The notes under the pieces were generated by a model. The model was not told the origin of the DNA. It saw only the letters and a program-made list of their open reading frames with translations, and did no database searches. 64,000 nt of DNA from an uncultured Solirubrobacterales bacterium (GTDB taxonomy: Bacteria; Actinomycetota; Thermoleophilia; Solirubrobacterales; Solirubrobacteraceae): contig CAVPVI010000019.1 in the NCBI GenBank assembly GCA_963709135.1, positions 300,534-364,533 of the forward strand, read 5' to 3'. Position 1 is the stretch's first letter; every line of letters starts with the position of its first letter. The translations under genes were made by a program, and so were the position numbers. Positions 1 through 9,980 of this stretch are shown in pieces.

Positions 1-391
1 CCCGGTGAGGTGCAACATCGGCGAGCTCAACCAGGTGTTCCTGAACCTGATCATCAACGCCGCCCAGGCGATCGAGGAGAAGGTCGCCGGAACCAGCGAC
101 CAAGGAACGATCAGGATCGCGACCCGGATAGAGGGCAGCGAAGCCGTCGTCGAGATCGCCGACGACGGCCCCGGCATCCCGCCCGAACTGCAGGACCGCA
201 TCTACGAGCCGTTCTTCACCACCAAGGAGGTCGGGAAGGGCAGCGGCCAGGGACTCGCGCTCGCGCGCTCAACGGTCGTCGAGCAGCACTTCGGCTCGCT
301 CAAGTGCGCCAGCGCACCCGGCGGCGGAACCACCTTTACCGTTCGCTTGCCGGTCGAGCCGCGCCACGCGGATTTGACGCAGGCCGCCTGA
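1..391 (+). CDS. Sensor histidine kinase, C-terminal HATPase_c domain (5'-truncated by window)
   Basis: N box (QVFLNLIINAAQA), G1 (DDGPGIP), F (EPFFTTK) and G2 (GSGQGL) boxes. Confidence 0.9.
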   Translation, partial: PVRCNIGELNQVFLNLIINAAQAIEEKVAGTSDQGTIRIATRIEGSEAVVEIADDGPGIPPELQDRIYEPFFTTKEVGKGSGQGLALARSTVVEQHFGSLKCASAPGGGTTFTVRLPVEPRHADLTQAA

Positions 392-634
392 GCAGATCGC
401 GCAGCGCCGCTGCCAGTCACCGATCTGCTTGCGCGCAGCGGCCTTTTAGTGCTCAAGTCGTGTGGGAAACGGACGATCCTCTCGGATGGGATCGCGACGC
501 GTCCGACGCTGTGATGGCAGGTGGTACTGAACAAATGCTGATGGTCCTGCTTTTTGCTGATGGGCGGCGTTCTAAGGACGTTGCGCGACCCCGTCGACGG
601 TCCTCGCGGACTCGATCTCGCTTGGGATGTTGAG

Positions 635-1783
635 ATGGCAGATCTCGGCTTGATCCGCACCGGGCAGTCCTGCGCGGTCGATGCGGGCATGGCGGCGCGG
701 GAGTTTCATCGCGCGGTGGCGGCGCCTGAGATGACTCTGGTGCTGTTCTTCTGCTCGCCGGATTACGATCTTGACGAGCTCGCGCGGGAGCTGCGCGGGC
801 TGTTCGCCGGCGTCGAGGTGCTCGGTTGCACGACGGCAGGGGAGATCGGCCCGGCGGGCTATCGCGAGCACAGCATCTCCGGCGCGAGCTTTAGTGCGAG
901 GGGGTTCATCGCGGCGAGCGGCCGGATCGATGACCTGCAGCGATTCCGGATCGAGCGCGGGCGCGCGCTCGCGCAGGACGTGCTGGCGAGGCTCGCCGCG
1001 TCCGGCGCGGAGGCGGACGCGAGCAGCAGCTTCGCGTTGTTGCTGATCGACGGTCTGTCGGTGCGCGAGGAGCCGGTGGCGCGCGCGCTGCAGAGCTCGC
1101 TGGGAAGGGTCCCGTTGATCGGAGGCTCCGCGGGAGACGGCCTGAACTTCGGCACCGCCCATGTCTATTCTGATGGCGCGTTCCGGAACGATCACGCCGT
1201 GCTCGTTGTCGTCTCGACGTCGTTGCCGTTCAGGACGTTCAAGACCCAGCATTTCGTCCCAACCGATCGCCGGGGGGTGGTCACCGGCGCCGATCCCCAG
1301 CATCGGGTTGTGAGCAAGATCGATGGCCGCCCGGCGGCCGATGGGTACGCGCGGCTGGTCGGAGCGACGGTCGAGGATCTCGATCCGAACTGCTTCGCGT
1401 CCCGGCCGCTGGTCGTGCTGATCGGCGGCGCGAACTACGTTCGCTCGATCCAGAAGGCGAACGCCGACGGGAGCCTGACATTCTTCTGCGCGATCGAGGA
1501 AGGCGTCGTGCTGCGAGCTGCGCGCGGCGAAGATCTGGTCGAGGACCTAGAGCGCACGCTCGCGGGCTTGCGGGATGCGATCGGCGAGCTGACGCTGGTG
1601 ATCGGGTGTGACTGCATCCTGCGCCGGCTGGAGATCGTGCAGAGCGGGATGGGAGAGCGCGTCGAGGCGCTGGTCCGCGAGCACAACGTCGTCGGGTTCA
1701 ACAGCTACGGCGAGCAGTACTGGGGCGTTCACGTCAATCAGACGCTGACCGGCGTCGCGATCGGCAAGGCTGCCGATGACTGA
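635..1783 (+). CDS. nosP: FIST-domain (FIST_N+FIST_C) nitric-oxide/haem sensor, NosP-like
   Basis: Motifs GCTTAGEI, LLIDGLS.REE, GGSAGD, FFCAIEEG, GCDCILRR, GFNSYGEQ..HVNQT; overlaps the downstream kinase gene; ATG at 635 preferred over the track start at 554. Confidence 0.85.
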   Translation: MADLGLIRTGQSCAVDAGMAAREFHRAVAAPEMTLVLFFCSPDYDLDELARELRGLFAGVEVLGCTTAGEIGPAGYREHSISGASFSARGFIAASGRIDDLQRFRIERGRALAQDVLARLAASGAEADASSSFALLLIDGLSVREEPVARALQSSLGRVPLIGGSAGDGLNFGTAHVYSDGAFRNDHAVLVVVSTSLPFRTFKTQHFVPTDRRGVVTGADPQHRVVSKIDGRPAADGYARLVGATVEDLDPNCFASRPLVVLIGGANYVRSIQKANADGSLTFFCAIEEGVVLRAARGEDLVEDLERTLAGLRDAIGELTLVIGCDCILRRLEIVQSGMGERVEALVREHNVVGFNSYGEQYWGVHVNQTLTGVAIGKAADD

Positions 1784-3266
1784 CAGCACCGCTTCGCTGG
1801 CCGCCGACAACGCGCTGGCGCGGGCCGAGATCGCCCGCCTGACCGAGATCGTCGAGGTGCTGATGGATCGCGCCGAGCGCAGCACGAGCGCCCAGTCAGA
1901 GTTCAGCCTGTTCCAGACCGCGGCGATGCTGGAGGAAGAAGTGGGCCGTCGCACAGCGCAGCTGCAAGCCGCGCTGGTCGAGAACGAGCGGATCGGCAGA
2001 GCACTACGCGAGCAGGCCAAGCGAGAGCAGCGGGTGCTGCGTGACAGCGAGCAGCGCCTCGATGCGTTGTTGCGCAACAGCTCGGACATGATCACCGTCG
2101 TCGCTGTCGACGGGACGGTGCTCTATCAGGCCGGGTCGGTGCGCCCGGTGCTCGGCCACGCACCGGGCGAGCTCCTCGCAGCCAAGCTCACCGACTGGGT
2201 CGATCCCGCTGACACACACTTGCTGCTGGAGCTGTGCGAGACCCGCGACGCGGCCGGCGCGGAGCTGCGCTTGCGCCACGCCGACGGCAGCCTACGGACG
2301 TGCGAGGTGCGGGCCACCTGCCTGGTCGATCATCCCACGTGGACGGGCGTGGTGCTCAACATCCGCGACGTGAGCGTCCGCAAGCGTCTCGAGGTGGAGC
2401 TGCGACTCGCGCAGAAGCTCGAGTCCGTGGGGCAGCTCGCGTCCGGGATCGCGCACGAGATCAACACGCCGGTGCAGTTCGTCAGCAGCTCGGTGGCGTT
2501 CATCGACGGCGCGTGGGCCGACATCGAGACGCTGCTGGACGCGTACAAATCACTGCGCGATGCGTATGCCCGCGCCGAGATCGACCCGGAGCTGCTCGAG
2601 CGCGTGACGAGCGCCGAGGAGCTCGCCGATCTCGAGTATCTGCGCGAGCGCGTTCCGCTGGCGCTCGAACGCAGCCGCGAGGGGCTCGAGCGTGTCGCGA
2701 AGATCGTCGCCGCGATGCGCGTGTTCGGTCACCCGCCGACAAGCGGAACGGGACCGGTCGATCTCAACGCGGCGATCGAGACGACGCTCGTGGTCAGCGC
2801 CAACGAGTACAAGTACGTCGCGGATATCACCACCGACCTCGGCGAGCTCCCGCCGGCGCTCTGCAACGCCGGGGACATCAACCAGGTTCTGATCAACCTG
2901 ATCGTCAACGCCAGCCACGCGATCAGTGACCTCGTCGCCCACACTGAGACACGCGGCCGGATCGAGATCCGCTCCCGTGTCGATCGCGACCGGGCGATGG
3001 TCACGATCGCAGACACCGGCGGCGGCATCCCGGCGGAGATCGCCGACCGTGTGTTCGACCCGTTCTTCACGACCAAGGAGGTCGGCCGCGGGACCGGGCA
3101 GGGACTCGCGATCGCGCGCTCAATCATCGACCGTGACGGTGGCGAGCTGACGTTCGATTCTCAACCCGGCCATGGAACGACGTTCACGATCCGCCTGCCG
3201 CTCGCTCACTCAACCGAGACCACGACCAGCGAATCGTCGCCCGCGCCGAGGACCGCGACAGCGTGA
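1776..3266 (+). CDS. PAS-domain sensor histidine kinase (NosP-associated, NahK-like)
   Basis: N-terminal LMDRAER..FSLFQTA..LEEEV..RT coiled coil typical of FIST partners; PAS; H box IAHEINTP; HATPase boxes. Confidence 0.9.
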   Translation: MTDSTASLAADNALARAEIARLTEIVEVLMDRAERSTSAQSEFSLFQTAAMLEEEVGRRTAQLQAALVENERIGRALREQAKREQRVLRDSEQRLDALLRNSSDMITVVAVDGTVLYQAGSVRPVLGHAPGELLAAKLTDWVDPADTHLLLELCETRDAAGAELRLRHADGSLRTCEVRATCLVDHPTWTGVVLNIRDVSVRKRLEVELRLAQKLESVGQLASGIAHEINTPVQFVSSSVAFIDGAWADIETLLDAYKSLRDAYARAEIDPELLERVTSAEELADLEYLRERVPLALERSREGLERVAKIVAAMRVFGHPPTSGTGPVDLNAAIETTLVVSANEYKYVADITTDLGELPPALCNAGDINQVLINLIVNASHAISDLVAHTETRGRIEIRSRVDRDRAMVTIADTGGGIPAEIADRVFDPFFTTKEVGRGTGQGLAIARSIIDRDGGELTFDSQPGHGTTFTIRLPLAHSTETTTSESSPAPRTATA

Positions 3267-4534
3267 GCACCGCGCCACAGCCAGCGTCCAGTCCGCGCGC
3301 GGTGAAACCACGGATTCTGTGCGTTGACGACGAGCCGCAGATCCTCGAGGCCCTGCGAGACACGCTGCGACGAAGCTTTGACGTGCAAACCGCGACCAGC
3401 GGCGCGGACGGGCTGGCGAAGCTCGCGGCCGCGCCGGCGGAGTTCGCGCTGATCATCTCCGACATGCGGATGCCGGTCATGACGGGAACCGTGTTCCTGC
3501 GCGAGGCGCGGCGAGTAGCACCGAACGCGACCCGTATCCTGCTCACCGGCTACGCCGATCTCGACGCCGCCGTGCGCGCGGTCAATGAAGCGCAGCTGTT
3601 TCGCTTCCTTACCAAGCCGTGCGACTCGGCCGAGCTGATGCGCGCGTGTGCGGCGGGCGTCGGTCAGCACCGGCTGCAAACGGCCGAGCGGGTGCTGCTC
3701 GAGCAGACGCTGAAGGGCAGCTTGCTGGCGCTCGCCGACGTGCTCGCGCTCGCCAGCCCCGCTGCATTCGGTCGCAGCCGGCGAGTCAGCCAGATCGTCG
3801 CGCGGTTCGTGCAAACACTGGAGCTGAAGAACTCCAAGGACTCGTGGCAGATCGAGGTCTCGGCGCTGCTAGTGGACGTTGGCGCCGTGACACTGCCGGA
3901 AGGGACCGCGGAGAAGCTCTACGCGGGACAACGGCTCAGCGAAACGGAGCGGGCGATGGTCAAACGCGTTCCCGCGGCCACGCAACGGATCCTCGAGAAC
4001 ATCCCAAGACTCGAAGGGGTGCTCGAGATCCTGGCCACCTATCAAGAACCGTATGAGGCGATCGACGCGCGGGGCTCACAGCCGTTGGGCGCGCGGATCT
4101 TGCGGATCGCGCTCGACTACGACGCGCTCGAAGCGCAATGCGGCGAGAGCGACGCGGCGCTCGCCATGATGCGTCGACGCGGCCAGGTGTACGACCCGTA
4201 TCTGCTCGAGAAGTTCGCGCGCCTCGTCGGCGCCGACACACGACGGCACGTCGCGACACCGCCGCAGACACAAGCACAGGATGAGGCGTCCTCGCGTGCC
4301 ATCTCGACCGCTCGCGGTACACCAGCGACCGATCGCGATGAGGTACTTGAGATTTCCTTATCGCAGCTGCGCCCGGGAATGGAGCTCGCCGAAGACGTGC
4401 GCAGCGCGTCAGGGTCGCTGCTCGTCGCCCGCGGGCAAACGGTCACCGGTCCGCTGATCCAGCGCATCGTGAACCACCCCCGCGGTCTCGTGCGTGAGCC
4501 GCTGCTCGTGATCTCCGTCGAGCCCGGCGCGTAG
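3263..4534 (+). CDS. Response regulator: REC plus degenerate HD-GYP-like domain
   Basis: REC motifs VDDE, SDMRMP, LTGY, TKP; HD-GYP scaffold with metal ligands lost (GRSRRV, LLVDVG, YQEPYE, ARILRIALDYDAL). Confidence 0.85.
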   Translation: MSTAPQPASSPRAVKPRILCVDDEPQILEALRDTLRRSFDVQTATSGADGLAKLAAAPAEFALIISDMRMPVMTGTVFLREARRVAPNATRILLTGYADLDAAVRAVNEAQLFRFLTKPCDSAELMRACAAGVGQHRLQTAERVLLEQTLKGSLLALADVLALASPAAFGRSRRVSQIVARFVQTLELKNSKDSWQIEVSALLVDVGAVTLPEGTAEKLYAGQRLSETERAMVKRVPAATQRILENIPRLEGVLEILATYQEPYEAIDARGSQPLGARILRIALDYDALEAQCGESDAALAMMRRRGQVYDPYLLEKFARLVGADTRRHVATPPQTQAQDEASSRAISTARGTPATDRDEVLEISLSQLRPGMELAEDVRSASGSLLVARGQTVTGPLIQRIVNHPRGLVREPLLVISVEPGA

Positions 4535-4722
4535 GATCCATCCGACGGTCCGCCTGGGACTTCATCAGACGGCGTTAGGTAGGGTCGGCGGGAAGTGTAC
4601 TTCAGTGATGAGACCCAGCCGGATGCAGGGATTTCTATGGTTCAGCTGTCGGTCGCTGGCGCTGCGAGGGCGGGACCAGCCCCTCGCTGTCCGCGACCGC
4701 ACCGAAGATAGTGGATCGAGGT

Positions 4723-7700
4723 TTAGGCGCTCATCCTGTGTTCGTCGTGGCAGAAGAGCACGCGCGATTGCGCGGATGGCGTGTGGTGCTCGAGCGGGGT
4801 GGGGCGTCCGAGATGGAACCCCTGGCCGTATGCGACGCCGATTTCGCGCAGCTCGCGGGCGAGTTGCTCTGAGCTGACGTATTCGGCGATGGTCGGGAGC
4901 CCGAGCCCTTCAGCGACGTAGACGACAGCCTCGACGACGAGCCGGTCGATGCGGTTCTCGGAGAGCTGCGAGACGAACTGCCCGTCGATCTTGAGGATGT
5001 CGATCTCGAGCGCCTTGAGGTATGAGAAGCCGGAGAAGCCCGAGCCGAAGTCGTCGAGCGCGACGCGTGCGCCGAGAGCGCGTAGGCGCTCGCAGACCGA
5101 TCGCGCGTGCTCGAGGTTCGCGATTACGTCGGCCTCTGAGATCTCGAAGATCAGGTCGGCCGGGTTCGCCTGGGCGAGGTGCAGCTGATTGGTGATGTAG
5201 GCGATCAGGCCTGGCTCGCCGATCGTTTTCGCGGCGAGGTTGACGGCGAGTCGCCGCCCCGGCGTCGCGGCTACCATCTGCGCGGCTTTCGCGATTACCC
5301 AGCGGTCGATCGCGGGCATGTATCCGAAGCGCGCGGCGGCGTGCAGGAAGCGGTCAGGCAGGATCAGTTGGCCGTCGTCGGCCTGCATGCGGATGAGCAG
5401 CTCATGCATCATCGTGGTGCCGCTCGCGAGCTCGACGATCGGCTGGGCGTGCAGCGTGAAGGTCTCCTCGCGCAATGCCCGCTTGAGGCGCTGCGACCAG
5501 GACAGCCCCGCGAGCACGTCCGCACGGGTGTCGGGAGAGTAGACCGCGATCCGGTTTCGCCCGAGCCGCTTGGCGTCGTAGAGCGCGAGGTCGGCCGCGA
5601 CGAGCGCGTCCTCGGCCGAAGTTGTGTCGGCGTTGATGATCATCACGCCGGTCGATGCCGAGCAGACGTACCGGTGGCCGTCGCGGTCGAATGGGGAGTT
5701 CTCGATCATTCTGGACAGCGAGCGAGCGACGGCTTTGGCGCGTGCGTGGCGGGCGTTGGGGAGGATGATCGCGAACTCGTCGCCGCCGATGCGGGCGAGC
5801 ACGTCGGAGTCGCGCAGCCGCGAGTTAAGGAGCTTGGCGATGTATGCGATCACGCCGTCGCCGAAGTGGTGGCCGAGCGAGTCGTTGACGTACTTGAAAT
5901 GGTCGAGGTCGACCATCAGCAGCGCGGCTTGCTCGCCGTAGCGCCGGCAGCGTGAGAGCTGGCGGTCGAGCTCTGACTCGAACCGCCGGCGGTTGTAGAG
6001 CTCGGTGAGCGGGTCGTGGTCGGCGAGGTAGCAGAGCCGGGCGTGAAGCTCTTTGCGGTCGGTGATGTCTTGCGTCTGGGTGACGAAGTACGCGGGCGAG
6101 CTGTGCTCGTCGCACACGACGCTGACGCTGAGCAGCACCCAGATCACGCGCCCGTCGCGGTGGATGTAGCGCGTCTCCGCTTCGTAGGTGTCCCACGGAG
6201 CGAGCGTGCGCAACCCCCGGATCGCCGCCGCAACGTCGTCGGGGTGGGTGATGGCGCAGAGGGTCTTGGCCAGCAGCTCAGGCTCGCTGTAGCCGGTGAT
6301 TCGGCACAGCTCGCGGTTGACCTTCATCCAGCTGCCGTCGAGGCTGAGGAGCGACATCCCGATCGGAGCGTTCTCGAAGGCCCCTTCGAATCGCGCCGTG
6401 GCTTCGTGTAGCTCGGCCTCACGGCGCTTTCGCTCGGTGATGTCGCGAGCCGCGACCACGGTTTCAGCGATCTCGCCGTGCTCGTCTGGGCGCCCACGCA
6501 GCAGCGCATGAACCCACGCGCAGCTGCCGTCCGGACGGATCACGCGATGCTCGAGCTCCGCGGCGCCTGTCTCGCTGGCGGTTCGGGTGGCGGCTTGGAC
6601 CCTCGCGCGGTCATCTGGGTGGGCGAGCTCATGCGGCTGGCGGCCGAGCAGCTGAGCGGGCTCGAATCCCACGACCTGCGCCGAGTTCGGGGATGCGTAC
6701 ACGTACCGGTTCTCCCGATCGTGGCGAGAGAGCATGTCGCCGGACAGCTCGATGACTGTGCGGAACTGCTCCTCGGCAAGCGCGAGCGCCTGTTCGACCT
6801 CGCGCTGGGCGGTGATGTCGCGCACAGCGCCGACCCCGGCGCTGACCGCGCCGTGCTCGTCGAGCTGGAGGCTGACGAGCGCGTGCACCCATCGGCAAGA
6901 TCCATCGCTGCAAAGCACGCGATGCTCGAGCTCGAAGCTATCGCCCCGCGTCAACGCCGCGTTCACCTCGGCTTCCACCCGCTCGCGGTCGTGCGGATGA
7001 ACGAACTCGAACGGGTGGCGACCGATCAGCTCATCAGGCTCGAACCCGTACACGCCCTCGCATGCCGGCGAGACGTACGTGTAGCACCCTCGCGCGTCGT
7101 GGAGGCTCAGCATGTCGGCCGACTGTTCGGTGACCGTGCGGAATTTCTCTTCGGCGTGAGCGAGCGCCGCCTCAGCCTCGCGCTGGGCGGTGATGTCACG
7201 CACAGCGCCGACCCCGCCGCTGACCGCGCCGTGATGGTCGAGCTGGACGGTCACGAGCGCGTGTACCCAGACGCAGCTTCCGTCGGCGCGAATCACGCGA
7301 TGCTCGAGCTCGAACGCCCGGCCACTCTCGCGAGCGACCTCGATCGCGCGCTGCACGAGATCTCGATCGTCGGGATGCACGAACTCGAGACAGTCGCGTC
7401 CGATCAGCTCCTGCGGGCGATAGCCGAACACGCGCGCGGACGCCGGGGAGGCGTACAGGTAGCGCCCCTCTGCGTCGTGGCGCGTGAGCATGTCCGCAGA
7501 CTGCTCGATCACCGCCCACAGGTTGCGCTCGGTTTCGTGCAGCGCCCGCTCGGCGCGGCGCTGCGCGGTGATGTCACGCAGCGTCAGCACGCCGCCGACG
7601 AGCAGCCCGTCGTCGTCATACAGCGGTGATAGGACCGCTTCGCAGACCTCGTCTGCCGTCAGCGACACCTCGAGCACGCTGCTCTCGCCCGCCAACGCGG

Positions 7701-7923
7701 CGCGCATCGCCGTCTCCAACCCCACTGCGCGAGCGCCGATGAGGTCGCTTGCGCGCGCGCCGATCAGCTGCTCGGGCCGGTATCCGTGCGCCGCGATCGC
7801 CCCGCCGGATGCCGAACAGCAGCGCAGCTCCTGATCGAAAGAGAGGAGCGTCACGCCCGGCATCTGGTCGATTGCGAGCCGTGAACGCTCGCACGAGAGA
7901 TAGACGCACCTGTCCGGCCTCAT
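4723..7923 (-). CDS. Multi-PAS diguanylate cyclase/phosphodiesterase (GGDEF-EAL)
   Basis: About 5 PAS/PAC modules, RDSD I-site, GGDEF, ELLIRM, DDFGSG, KIDGQF; true start may be slightly downstream. Confidence 0.92.
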   Translation of the reverse strand: MRPDRCVYLSCERSRLAIDQMPGVTLLSFDQELRCCSASGGAIAAHGYRPEQLIGARASDLIGARAVGLETAMRAALAGESSVLEVSLTADEVCEAVLSPLYDDDGLLVGGVLTLRDITAQRRAERALHETERNLWAVIEQSADMLTRHDAEGRYLYASPASARVFGYRPQELIGRDCLEFVHPDDRDLVQRAIEVARESGRAFELEHRVIRADGSCVWVHALVTVQLDHHGAVSGGVGAVRDITAQREAEAALAHAEEKFRTVTEQSADMLSLHDARGCYTYVSPACEGVYGFEPDELIGRHPFEFVHPHDRERVEAEVNAALTRGDSFELEHRVLCSDGSCRWVHALVSLQLDEHGAVSAGVGAVRDITAQREVEQALALAEEQFRTVIELSGDMLSRHDRENRYVYASPNSAQVVGFEPAQLLGRQPHELAHPDDRARVQAATRTASETGAAELEHRVIRPDGSCAWVHALLRGRPDEHGEIAETVVAARDITERKRREAELHEATARFEGAFENAPIGMSLLSLDGSWMKVNRELCRITGYSEPELLAKTLCAITHPDDVAAAIRGLRTLAPWDTYEAETRYIHRDGRVIWVLLSVSVVCDEHSSPAYFVTQTQDITDRKELHARLCYLADHDPLTELYNRRRFESELDRQLSRCRRYGEQAALLMVDLDHFKYVNDSLGHHFGDGVIAYIAKLLNSRLRDSDVLARIGGDEFAIILPNARHARAKAVARSLSRMIENSPFDRDGHRYVCSASTGVMIINADTTSAEDALVAADLALYDAKRLGRNRIAVYSPDTRADVLAGLSWSQRLKRALREETFTLHAQPIVELASGTTMMHELLIRMQADDGQLILPDRFLHAAARFGYMPAIDRWVIAKAAQMVAATPGRRLAVNLAAKTIGEPGLIAYITNQLHLAQANPADLIFEISEADVIANLEHARSVCERLRALGARVALDDFGSGFSGFSYLKALEIDILKIDGQFVSQLSENRIDRLVVEAVVYVAEGLGLPTIAEYVSSEQLARELREIGVAYGQGFHLGRPTPLEHHTPSAQSRVLFCHDEHRMSA

Positions 7924-8586
7924 CGCAGCTTACCCCGCCCCGCTCGGTGCGCTCGTTGGGTCACACGACCGGACTCGCGTGGATTCCCCGATGCTCCCGC
8001 ACGCGAGCCACATCGTGCGTACCTCGCCGCTCCACAATCGACCGACCCCAGCGCTCGACGAAAGAGCTGCATTCTCCGCCCATGAACAAAAGCGATCGAC
8101 CGAACCCAAGCACCGCTTGAGCAGCGAGAGCCATCACCGGCACGTGTCGCATTTGACCAAGCTCCGCCCGCACAGCGCCAAGCGCTCAGCCACCGATCAC
8201 GATCACGCATACCGACACACCATCCTCTCCTCCAACGACCTCGATAGCAGCCTGTCAGCAGGCGAGCTCCCGCGCAACGTGGAAGACTACGGATTCCGGT
8301 CCGCCGCGCAGAAACGATCATCACACCGACTCGCCGGCGTCGCACGCCGCAGAGTCTCAGGGGACACCGATGGGCGGCGCCGCCTCAAAGCCTGGAAAGT
8401 CGGACCCGTTTCGGTCGCGTCAGGAACGAACGGGGCTGTGTGACGGACACGTGTACTTCAAGCACGAGAACACGTCCTTTCATGGAGCCCGTGGAACGAC
8501 TTCGGTACCCCTGAGCCCTGCGCAAGACATTGCTGACGAGACGTCAGCCGACGGCACGATCTACCGGGCGTTCAATAGCGTTTATG

Positions 8587-9400
8587 TCAACTTGAGAAGG
8601 GGGAGAACGGCAGCTCTGCGGCCGCGATCGCGAGCAGCACCCCGGACGCCAGCGCGACGCTCTCGAACTGCTCCAGATCGAGGACGCGCGCGATCCGGTG
8701 CCCGACGGTCGCATGCCGGGCGGCGATCGCGCCGGCGAGCGCGCGCAGGCGCAGGTGGCGTCCGTAGCACGCGATCGCGCGCGCGGCGCTGCGCGAGGCG
8801 ACCGCGGTCGCGGTCGCGGCGAGGAGCAGCAGCGCCATGGGTAGCCACCCGCGGTCGTGCCGGCTGGTGCCGGCGCCAAGCTGCTCACCGGCTAGCACGA
8901 GCCCGATCGAAGCGAGCGCCGCGGCGGTGACCGCGGCGGCGAACGTTGGGCGCACTCCGGGCGCACGGAGCAGCTCGACGAACGGGCGGCCGTGCCGGGG
9001 CGCTTGGGCGGGAGCGTCTACGGGCGCCGCCAGCGACGGGCGGCTGCTGACGCGCTCCCGCAACGCGGCGTGCGCCGCGAGCAGCCGGGCATAGGGGCCG
9101 TCCGCGTCGGCGAGCAGCTGCTCGGGCGGGCCGTCCTGGACCACGGGCCGTCGTCGAGCACGAGCACTCGCGGGAACCGGGTCGACGCGGCGAGGTCGTG
9201 CGTGACGTACAGGAGCGTCGCCTGCGCCCAGGTGTCGCTAGCCCGGGCGAGCAGCGGCCAGCGCTCGGCCGCAGCGACCCGGCCGAGCGCCTCGTCGAGC
9301 AGCACCAGCCGCGCCGCGGGCCGGTCGAGCGCCCGCGCAAGCCGTAGCCGGTCGAGCTCTCCGGGCGTCAGCGAGGACGCCTGCAGATCGCTGTGCCCGG
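8587..9400 (-). pseudogene. Fragmented ABC exporter (NBD end followed by transmembrane segment)
   Basis: Degenerate signature LTPGELDRLRLARAL, Walker B LLDEA, H-loop VTHD, DGPPEQLL..GPYARL across a frameshift near 9145. Confidence 0.6.
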
Positions 9401-9546
9401 CAGCGCCCGGCGGCCGGCTGGGGAGGCCGACCTCGGCCAGGCGCGCTGGCGCCGTGTCCGCAGCCGTGTCGGGGGTTCAGCCAAGATAAGCCCAAAACCG
9501 GCAATAGCGGTGCTCGAGGCCGTGGGAGGTGTTGTGCGGGCTCGGG

Positions 9547-9642
9547 CTACTCGTCGACGATCAGGAGGTCGATCGCTTTGGCGCGGTCCTCAGCCGTAGG
9601 CTGGGTGTAGAGCCGGGTCGCTTCGAGTCGAGCATGACCCAG
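9547..9642 (-). pseudogene. Tyrosine recombinase C-terminal remnant
   Basis: Translates LGHARLEATRLYTQPTAEDRAKAIDLLIVDE* (LGH and catalytic Tyr). Confidence 0.75.
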
Positions 9643-9748
9643 GGGCGTCGGTCTCGAGCAGGCGTACGCAGGCGGCCGTGTTTGTGAGCCGTTCGATCAC
9701 GCGCCCGTTGATCTCGAGTTCGCTGAGGACTTACGGCGGGAAAGTCAA

Positions 9749-9875
9749 TCCATCACCGGCATCGCCGACCGCGCCGGCCTGGACGACCACGTCACTGCCC
9801 ACATGCTCAGGCACTCGTTCGCGACCACGCTCGTGCGCGGCAAGACCGACCTCGTGATCGCGGCCGAACTACTGG
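9749..9875 (+). pseudogene. Tyrosine recombinase internal remnant (HxxR box)
   Basis: Translates AGLDDHVTAHMLRHSFATTLVRGKTDLVIAAELL. Confidence 0.75.
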
Positions 9876-9980
9876 ACCGCGGCCTTGGTCGCGCCCGGCG
9901 CCGTCCGCACGCGAGCAGGAGCAGCGGCTGCGCTGGTCCCGCTCTCCTTGTTCGTATAGAGTTTCGGACCAGACCGGCTC

